64,000 bases of DNA, taken from NCBI GenBank assembly GCA_905214145.1, contig CAJMLB010000003.1, positions 2,655 through 66,654 on the forward strand, in the 5' to 3' direction. Below, piece by piece: positions 57,525 to 64,000 of this stretch (positions within the stretch are counted from its first letter, which is position 1; each line of letters begins with the position of its first letter). The notes under the pieces were generated by a model. The model had not been told where the DNA came from. It searched no databases and worked only from the letters and a program-made list of their open reading frames with translations. A program made the position numbers and the translations under genes. This DNA is from an uncultured bacterium (GTDB lineage: Bacteria > Actinomycetota > Coriobacteriia > Coriobacteriales > Coriobacteriaceae).

Positions 57525-60419
57525 ATGACCCAGCCCCTGCCCTGGGAAAAGAACGCCGCGGTACCCGTGCCGCCCGCGCCGGAACCCGTGCCGCTCGATG
57601 CATACACCGCCCCTGCAGCGCCGGAGCCCGAGCTCGTCCCGCTCGACATCTACGACGCTCCCGCGCCGGCGCCCAAGCCCGCCAAGCCGCTCGTCGACAT
57701 TGACAGCCTTAATCCCGCCCAGCGCGAGGCGGTCCTGTCCACCGAGGGTCCGTTGCTGGTGCTCGCCGGCGCCGGCTCGGGCAAGACCCGCGTCTTGACC
57801 TTCCGCATCGCACATATGCTCGGCGACCTGGGTGTTAAGCCTTGGCAGGTTCTTGCCATCACGTTTACCAACAAGGCCGCGGCCGAGATGCGCGAGCGTC
57901 TGGCGGCGCTCATTCCCAGCGGTACCCGCGGCATGTGGGTGTGCACCTTCCATGCCATGTGCGTGCGCATGCTGCGCGAGGACGCCGACCTGCTGGGCTA
58001 CACCGGCCAGTTCACCATCTACGATGACGATGACTCAAAGCGCATGGTGCGCGACATTATGCAGGCGCTCGGCATCGAGCAAAAGCAGTTCCCCATCAAC
58101 ATGATCCGCAGCAAGATCAGCTCGGCCAAAAACGCCATGATCGGCCCCGAGGACATGCTCAAGAGCGCCGATAGCCCCAACGATAAAAAGGCCGCACAGG
58201 TCTACTTGGAGCTGGAGCGTCGCTTGCGCGCCGCCAATGCGATGGACTTCGACGACCTGCTCGTGCGCGCGCTTGAGCTGCTGCGCACCCGCCCCGAGGT
58301 GCTCGATAAGTACCAAGAGCGCTTCCGCTACATTAGCGTCGACGAGTATCAGGACACCAACCACGTCCAGTACGAAATCGCCAACCTGCTGGCCGCCAAG
58401 TACCAAAACCTCATGGTCGTGGGCGACGATGACCAGTCCATTTACAGCTGGCGTGGCGCCGACATCACCAATATCCTGGACTTTGAGAAGGATTTTAAAA
58501 ACTGCAAGACCGTCAAGCTGGAGCAGAACTATCGTTCCACGGGTCATATCCTGAACGCCGCCAACGCCGTGGTACGCCACAACTCGCAGCGCAAGGACAA
58601 GCGCCTGTTTACGGCCGAGGGCGATGGCGAGAAGATCCAGGCCTTCCAGGCGAGCGACGAGCGCGACGAGGGCCGCTGGATTGCCGGCGAGATCGAGAAG
58701 CTGCATGCCAAAGGCACGAGCTACGACGACATTGCCGTGTTCTATCGCACCAACGCCCAGTCGCGTATCCTCGAAGATATGTTCCTGCGCGCGGGCGTGC
58801 CCTACAAGATCGTGGGCGGCACGCGATTCTTCGACCGTGCCGAGATCCGTGATGTCATGGCCTACCTTAAGATGATCGTGAACCCGGCCGACGAGATGAG
58901 CGTCAAGCGCGTCATCAACACACCGCGCCGTGGCATCGGCTCCACCTCGATCCAAAAAATCGAGCAGCTGGCGCGCGACAACCGTTGCTCGTTCTTCCAG
59001 GCTTGCGAGATTGCGTGTGCCGAAACCGGCATGTTTAGCGCCAAGGTCCGCAATGGCCTGTCAAGCTTTGTGTCGCTGGTGCGCGAGGGCCGCCGCATGG
59101 ACGGCGAGCTCAAGGACGTCGTCGAGATGATTGTCGATAAGACGGGTCTGCTGCAGGCGTTTCGCGCCGAGGGCACCATGGAGTCTGAGAGCCGTGCCGA
59201 GAACATCCAGGAATTCCTGGGCGTCGCTGCCGAATTTGAGGAGACGCACGAGGACATCGAGGGTACGCTCGAGAGCTTGGAAGAGCTGCGCGCAGCTGGT
59301 GTTGCCGACGTGCCTGCCGGCGCCGAGCCCGTCGTGGTGAGCGCGCCCGCGCCCGAACCGGGGCCATTTGCCCCGGCATCCTCGTTTGAGGCACTCGTCG
59401 GCGCGCGCGATGCCGCAGGTTCCAATCCGCTCGATAGCCTAGCCGCCCCGGCGCTCTCGCCGCAGGATGCCCTGGCCGCCGCCATCGCGGGCAACGCGTA
59501 TGCCGCGCCGACGGGGATGCCGGCGGGTGCCGTGCATGCCGACGAGATTGAGCGCACCTATGGTCCGCTCACCTGTAAGGCGCTACCGGCACTCATGGAG
59601 TGGCTGGCCCTGCGCTCCGACTTGGATTCCCTGGCCGGCGAGACGCATGCCATTACCATGATGACCATCCACTCCGCCAAGGGCCTGGAGTTCCCGGCGG
59701 TGTTCGTGGCCGGCATGGAGGAGGGCATCTTCCCGCACGTGCACGACTTTGGCGGCAGCGATGACCCGGGTAAGCTCGAGGAGGAGCGTCGCCTGGCCTA
59801 CGTCGCCATCACGCGTGCCCGTAAGCGCCTGTTCCTGACCTATGCGGCCACGCGTCGCACCTACGGCTCGACCTCTGCCAACCCGCGCTCGCGCTTCCTC
59901 AACGAGATTCCGTTTGAGGATATCGAGTTTAGCGGTATCGGTTCTGCCGGTTTTGAAGGCACGGGTTGGGAGAAGCGCGGCGACCGTCACGGCACCTTTG
60001 GCTCGGGCATGGGTTCGGATATGTACGGCGGCAAGGTATTTGGTTCGCATACGCGCTCGACTGGCGGTTCCGGTTCGCGCGGCGGATCGAGCTTTGACGA
60101 TTTCTTTGGTGGCAGCAGCTACGGGACCGAGCGCCATCGTGGGGTCTCGCCCGACGCCGGCCGTGTTGCCTCGACCTTTGGCTCGGGCGCGCCGCGAGCC
60201 AAAAAGCCGTCGTCCAAGGTGTCCCCGACGGTGGAGCGCAAGGTCGATCGCGCCAGCGCATCGCAGGACTTTGCCGCGGGCGATACCGTGAGCCATAAGA
60301 CCTTTGGCACGGGTACCGTGATCTCGGTCGCCGGAGACATGATCGAGGTCCAGTTCGAAAAGACCGGCCAGACCAAAAAGCTCATGAAGGGATTCGCTCC
60401 GATCGTCAAGCTGTCATAA
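57525..60419 (+). CDS. pcrA: UvrD/PcrA ATP-dependent DNA helicase
   Basis: AGAGSGKT, VDEYQD, VGDDDQSIY, TIHSAKGLEF, YVAITRA, C-terminal Tudor-like HKTFGTG. Confidence 0.95.
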   Translation: MTQPLPWEKNAAVPVPPAPEPVPLDAYTAPAAPEPELVPLDIYDAPAPAPKPAKPLVDIDSLNPAQREAVLSTEGPLLVLAGAGSGKTRVLTFRIAHMLGDLGVKPWQVLAITFTNKAAAEMRERLAALIPSGTRGMWVCTFHAMCVRMLREDADLLGYTGQFTIYDDDDSKRMVRDIMQALGIEQKQFPINMIRSKISSAKNAMIGPEDMLKSADSPNDKKAAQVYLELERRLRAANAMDFDDLLVRALELLRTRPEVLDKYQERFRYISVDEYQDTNHVQYEIANLLAAKYQNLMVVGDDDQSIYSWRGADITNILDFEKDFKNCKTVKLEQNYRSTGHILNAANAVVRHNSQRKDKRLFTAEGDGEKIQAFQASDERDEGRWIAGEIEKLHAKGTSYDDIAVFYRTNAQSRILEDMFLRAGVPYKIVGGTRFFDRAEIRDVMAYLKMIVNPADEMSVKRVINTPRRGIGSTSIQKIEQLARDNRCSFFQACEIACAETGMFSAKVRNGLSSFVSLVREGRRMDGELKDVVEMIVDKTGLLQAFRAEGTMESESRAENIQEFLGVAAEFEETHEDIEGTLESLEELRAAGVADVPAGAEPVVVSAPAPEPGPFAPASSFEALVGARDAAGSNPLDSLAAPALSPQDALAAAIAGNAYAAPTGMPAGAVHADEIERTYGPLTCKALPALMEWLALRSDLDSLAGETHAITMMTIHSAKGLEFPAVFVAGMEEGIFPHVHDFGGSDDPGKLEEERRLAYVAITRARKRLFLTYAATRRTYGSTSANPRSRFLNEIPFEDIEFSGIGSAGFEGTGWEKRGDRHGTFGSGMGSDMYGGKVFGSHTRSTGGSGSRGGSSFDDFFGGSSYGTERHRGVSPDAGRVASTFGSGAPRAKKPSSKVSPTVERKVDRASASQDFAAGDTVSHKTFGTGTVISVAGDMIEVQFEKTGQTKKLMKGFAPIVKLS

Positions 60420-60426
60420 TCCCGGC

Positions 60427-60555
60427 GGACCTGGGCGGGCGTATGGGGCAACATCGCCTGCTCGGGCAGTCCTGCTCGCACGGAGAGCACATTAAGTGCT
60501 CTCCGGCTCGTGCGGAACTCGCGATCGATGTTGCCCCATACGCCCGCCCAGGTCC
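60427..60555. repeat. REP-like hairpin element copy A
   Basis: 30-bp perfect outer IR around core CAGTCCTGCTCGCACGGAGAGCACATTAAGTGCTCTCCGGCTCGTGCGGAACTCGCGATCG. Confidence 0.85.
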
Positions 60556-60634
60556 TTAGATAACGTTGCTTGCGAACGTCGCTTTGCCCGTTCGCTTTTT
60601 GGTCTGGAGGGCCGGGTGGGCTGAATACTTAGAC

Positions 60635-60687
60635 ATGGCAAGGGGCTCCCCCGTTAAAGAACGGGGGAGCCCCTTGTTGCGTTTTGA
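60635..60687. terminator. Terminator hairpin, left copy of direct repeat
   Basis: AAGGGGCTCCCCCGTT...AACGGGGGAGCCCCTT GTTGCGTTTTGA. Confidence 0.8.
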
Positions 60688-60778
60688 ATGGTGCGCTTGG
60701 CTTTGATGATTGATGATTTTATACGATTCAGTATAATTTCAGATAGACGCTAAAATGTAACCGAAATGAAAACGGTGA

Positions 60779-61807
60779 TTGTACATGCTGATAAACTGCC
60801 TCCCAAAAAGACTCTTCTCTTTAGAGCTCGCTATCGACCCGGAGCCAGTTGAGATGCAGATTCCTCGCATGTATCTTGAGCGGTATTCGCTTCGCTTGGC
60901 ACGGCTCGGCATGTCTAAACAGGGCCGTTTTATTGTTGCGGAACCAAAGGAACCGCCCAGTGTCATTTCGGCGCGAAATCTCGTCAGTGCGGTGCGCAAG
61001 TTAGATGTTCACCCGGTGGTAATTTGCTGGGATGCTATGGATTTAGGTTTTATGCGCGCGCTTTCTTCGGAGGGAATCGCATATATCCGAGATGAGCGAA
61101 ATGCGTTCCTGCCGTTTATCGGAGCCGTTATTTCCGATGAGGTGCTGGGTGCTTCTCCCGCTGCTCCGCTTTCGCCCCAATCTCAACGAATCGTCCTAAA
61201 TCTCATTGCGGGACGATGGGTTGACTGCTCCGCCGGCGACCTAGCGCGTCTGTGTGGCAAAAGCGCGGCAAGCGTCAGCGGCTATCTTTCGGAAATCGCC
61301 GCTATAGCTCCTGGGTTGATTATGCGGGACGGCAAAAAGCGTATATTGTGCGACGCCGGGCTGTCGACCGAGACGTTGCTAGATGGGTTTGAGGACTATC
61401 TTCGCACGCCAGTTTTAGAGCGAATCCGGCTCAAGAAGGTTATCGAGAGAACAGAGCTACATGCCGTTGATGCGCTGCTTTCCGGTGTGTCTGCCCTTAG
61501 CTATATGTCCGACCTTGCCCATGAAGACTCTGCTCCAACCATTGCTCTCGAAAAATATCAGCTAGAGGCCTTGAAAGAGCATATGGGCGACAGATGGCTG
61601 GAGGCTCAGTGGTACGAACCGGCGGCAGTTGTGATTGAGGTCTGGTCGTATCCCGTGGACGCGCCGTCCGATATTAGTTTTGACGCGACGGGTTTGCAGT
61701 GTGTCGACCCGTTTTCCTTATACGTTGCTTGCGCAAAAGCAGATTACAAAGAAGATCGTCTGCTCGACGCGGTCGAACAGCTCAGGAGGACGATATGTCA
61801 AAAGTGA
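60779..61807 (+). CDS. Putative AbiEi-like / wHTH antitoxin-regulator
   Basis: AFLPFIG, HTH (AGDLARLCGKSAASVS), SGVSALSYMSDL, IEVWSY, VDPFSLY; start uncertain. Confidence 0.65.
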   Translation: MYMLINCLPKRLFSLELAIDPEPVEMQIPRMYLERYSLRLARLGMSKQGRFIVAEPKEPPSVISARNLVSAVRKLDVHPVVICWDAMDLGFMRALSSEGIAYIRDERNAFLPFIGAVISDEVLGASPAAPLSPQSQRIVLNLIAGRWVDCSAGDLARLCGKSAASVSGYLSEIAAIAPGLIMRDGKKRILCDAGLSTETLLDGFEDYLRTPVLERIRLKKVIERTELHAVDALLSGVSALSYMSDLAHEDSAPTIALEKYQLEALKEHMGDRWLEAQWYEPAAVVIEVWSYPVDAPSDISFDATGLQCVDPFSLYVACAKADYKEDRLLDAVEQLRRTICQK

Positions 61808-62562
61808 GGGGAATAGAGCGATTTGCCGATGCCATGAGCGGCTGTAAAGGCGGTTACGTCCTTATTGGTGGAGGGGCCTGCAGCGTTCTATTTGACAATG
61901 AGGGCGATTCGTTTAGAGCTACTGAAGACTTGGATATCGTCGTAATTGTTGATGGGGAAGGCGTTGAATTCGCCACTGCATTGTGGGCATTTATCAAAGC
62001 TGTCGGATATGAGACTGGGAAGGTCGGCGATGGAAAGTGCACTTACTATCGGTTCTGTTTGCCCGAAGGATCAAGGCAAGTCCTAGACTATCCCGGCCAA
62101 ATTGAGCTATTCGCCCGACATCCTGATTTTGTGCTCGAAGATGAAACGAGCGAAGTGGCACCTCTTTCCTTTGACGGGGCCGTATCAAGTCTTTCGGCAA
62201 TTATTCTCGACGATGGCTACTACGAATTTATTCGCGACAACGCAACGAACGTAGAGGGCATTACGTTGCTCGATGCGCTCCATATCATTCCCCTCAAGAT
62301 GCGTGCACACATTGATATCAATAGGAGCTATGAAGAAGGGCGCCATTGCAACGATAAAGATCGACGAAAGCATCGCTCGGATATTGTTCGACTTGCGGGT
62401 TTGTTGCCGCCTTCGGCTCGCTTGGAGCTAATAGAGCAAATGAGGGCTGACGCCGGAGACTTCTTTGCGGACTTTTCTTCTTATGTAAATCGGCAGACCG
62501 ATCGTAAAGAGAGAGCGCGTCTTCAGGACACATTATCGTTTCTCGAAAAGGTCTACCTATAG
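61795..62562 (+). CDS. Nucleotidyltransferase-fold protein (AbiEii-like)
   Basis: YVLIGGGAC, FRATEDLDIV, IPLKMRA, KHRSDIVRL; overlaps upstream gene. Confidence 0.75.
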   Translation: MSKVRGIERFADAMSGCKGGYVLIGGGACSVLFDNEGDSFRATEDLDIVVIVDGEGVEFATALWAFIKAVGYETGKVGDGKCTYYRFCLPEGSRQVLDYPGQIELFARHPDFVLEDETSEVAPLSFDGAVSSLSAIILDDGYYEFIRDNATNVEGITLLDALHIIPLKMRAHIDINRSYEEGRHCNDKDRRKHRSDIVRLAGLLPPSARLELIEQMRADAGDFFADFSSYVNRQTDRKERARLQDTLSFLEKVYL

Positions 62563-62581
62563 GCACCTTGATTCGTTATGT

Positions 62582-62635
62582 ATGGTGAGGGGCTCTCCCG
62601 TTTGATGAGCGGGGGAGCCCCTTGTTGCGTTTTGA
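62582..62635. terminator. Terminator hairpin, right copy of direct repeat
   Basis: Shares CGGGGGAGCCCCTTGTTGCGTTTTGA exactly with 60662-60687. Confidence 0.8.
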
Positions 62636-62659
62636 TTGTCGTTACTAGCCAGAGGCTCG

Positions 62660-62780
62660 CCGGGATGGGACGCGGGGTTTGGTCGATCGCGAGTTCCGCA
62701 CGAGCCGGAGAGCACTTAATGTGCTCTCCGTGCGAGCAGGACTGTCCGAGTAGGCGACCAAACCCCGCGCCCCATCCCGG
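62660..62780. repeat. REP-like hairpin element copy B (inverted relative to A)
   Basis: Core is the reverse complement of the copy A core; outer stem has a different sequence. Confidence 0.85.
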
Positions 62781-62802
62781 GGAGCGCTCGGGGACCGGTA
62801 GC

Positions 62803-63741
62803 TTACAGGTGCGAGATGATCAGTTCCATCTTGCCTTCGAGGTCGATGGAGCTGACGGTGCTCGGGGCCAGCAGGTGGCTTCCCTTGCGGACGGGGTCGC
62901 CGCAGACGGTGCCTTCGCCGTCGATGACCGACAGGCACATGAAGGGCCAGCGCTGGTCGAGGGTCTTGCTGCCGTCGACGCGCACGCGATCGACGGTGTA
63001 GCAGGGGTTGGACTCGAGCTCGGTCACGCCGTCCACCTCGGGCGCGGTCACCGTGCCGTCGGTCGGAGCCTGAGCATCAAAGTCGATGCAGTCGAGGCTC
63101 TGCTCAATGTGCAGCGGGCGCAGGTTGCCGTCGGTGCCGGGACGGTCGTAGTCGTACAGACGATACGTCACGTCGCTCGACTGCTGCGTCTCCAAAATGA
63201 GCGTGCCGGTCTTGATGGCGTGCACGGTACCGGAATCAATCTGGAAAAAGTCGCCCTTGTGAATCGGCAACACGTTGAGCATGTCGTCCCAACGTCCTTC
63301 CTCGATCATTTGTGCGGCCTCGGCGCGGTCCTTGGCACGCTGGCCGACGATGATCGTGGCGTCGGGCTCGCAGTCCAGCACATACCAACACTCGGTTTTG
63401 CCCAGGCTACCGTTCTCGTGCTCGGCAGCGTACTCGTCGTTGGGATGAATCTGGATCGAAAGGTCGTCCTTGGCGTCCAGAATCTTAATGAGCAGCGGGA
63501 ACTCCTTGCCCTCGCAGTTGCCAAAGAGCTCGCGATGCTCGGCCCACAGCCACGACAGCGTGTGGCCGGCATACGGGCCCTCCGCAATCTGGCAGTCGCC
63601 GTTGGGGTGGGCCGAGATGGCCCAGCACTCACCGATGGGGCCATCGGGAATGTCGTAGCCAAATACGGTTTCGAGCTGGCGTCCGCCCCAGATCTTCTCG
63701 TGGAAGATCGGCGTCAGCTTAATCAAATCGGACATGTTCAT
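62803..63741 (-). CDS. manA: Mannose-6-phosphate isomerase type I
   Basis: KIWGG, GECWAISAH, PLLIKILDA, LSIQIHP, GKTECW, QQSSDVTYRLYD. Confidence 0.95.
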   Translation of the reverse strand: MNMSDLIKLTPIFHEKIWGGRQLETVFGYDIPDGPIGECWAISAHPNGDCQIAEGPYAGHTLSWLWAEHRELFGNCEGKEFPLLIKILDAKDDLSIQIHPNDEYAAEHENGSLGKTECWYVLDCEPDATIIVGQRAKDRAEAAQMIEEGRWDDMLNVLPIHKGDFFQIDSGTVHAIKTGTLILETQQSSDVTYRLYDYDRPGTDGNLRPLHIEQSLDCIDFDAQAPTDGTVTAPEVDGVTELESNPCYTVDRVRVDGSKTLDQRWPFMCLSVIDGEGTVCGDPVRKGSHLLAPSTVSSIDLEGKMELIISHL

Positions 63742-63809
63742 ACCCCCATTGTGTTGCGCGGGCGCTGCGTAAAACTGTTCAAAGCGAGCGCCCGGATGAC
63801 TACAAAAAC

Positions 63810-64000
63810 CTATGCCAACGTTACGTTGTGCAACTCAAAGCGGTCGCCAACGTTGCGCGAGACCGAATACTCAAAGGCCGCGCCGCTGTCCAAAAAGCCA
63901 ATCTGGGTGAGCTCGAGCAGGGGAGAGCCAGGTTTGGTGTCCAGGCGATCGGCTTCTTCCTCGGTTGCTGCCACGGCGCGAATGGTGCGGTGGAAGCTCG
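63810..64000 (-). CDS. GntR/HutC-family regulator, UTRA C-terminus (truncated by window edge)
   Basis: RTIRAVAATEEEADRL...GSPLL...FEYSVSR..GDRFE. Confidence 0.8.
   Translation of the reverse strand, partial: SFHRTIRAVAATEEEADRLDTKPGSPLLELTQIGFLDSGAAFEYSVSRNVGDRFELHNVTLA

Noticed and set aside
59240..59580. Intein or mobile insert in pcrA (and inserts in uppP and the 9681-10466 regulator)
   Set aside because: Low-complexity Ala/Pro/Gly linkers with no splice-junction motifs

Overview
High-GC Coriobacteriia-type chromosome (Collinsella-like; inferred from gene content and repeat style, not proven). Housekeeping flanks are yfcE-like, mazG, eno, ftsB/divIC, ppx and tRNA-Leu(TAA) on the left, and gluQ, purH, uppP, pcrA, manA and a GntR regulator on the right. 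Small cassettes are scattered in them: an AAA_14/DUF4143 ATPase, AbiEi/AbiEii, HipBA and a second nucleotidyltransferase pair. The centre (~13.2-44.7 kb) is a ~31 kb accessory/defence island with no visible integrase. It carries: (i) a 1310-aa SF2 helicase/PD-(D/E)xK nuclease overlapping a 631-aa protein with MID/PIWI-like motifs, best read as a very divergent DdmDE-like Argonaute system; (ii) two C5 methyltransferases plus McrB-like and DUF2357/McrC-like genes; (iii) a SIR2-family gene behind an inverted, diverged remnant of the same McrC-like gene, fused back-to-back to a probable HNH remnant; (iv) a membrane-anchor-less VirD4, a possible stand-alone VirD4 helical domain and an intact ClpP; (v) a degenerate HsdM/HsdS-like protein; (vi) a sortase-type CAP surface protein; (vii) two metallophosphoesterases. 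Non-coding oddities include two 182-bp MITE-like copies, REP-like hairpins, a 33-bp-phased triple repeat, a 38-bp perfect palindrome and duplicated terminators around a cassette. All family calls come from motifs read by eye; no searches were run.
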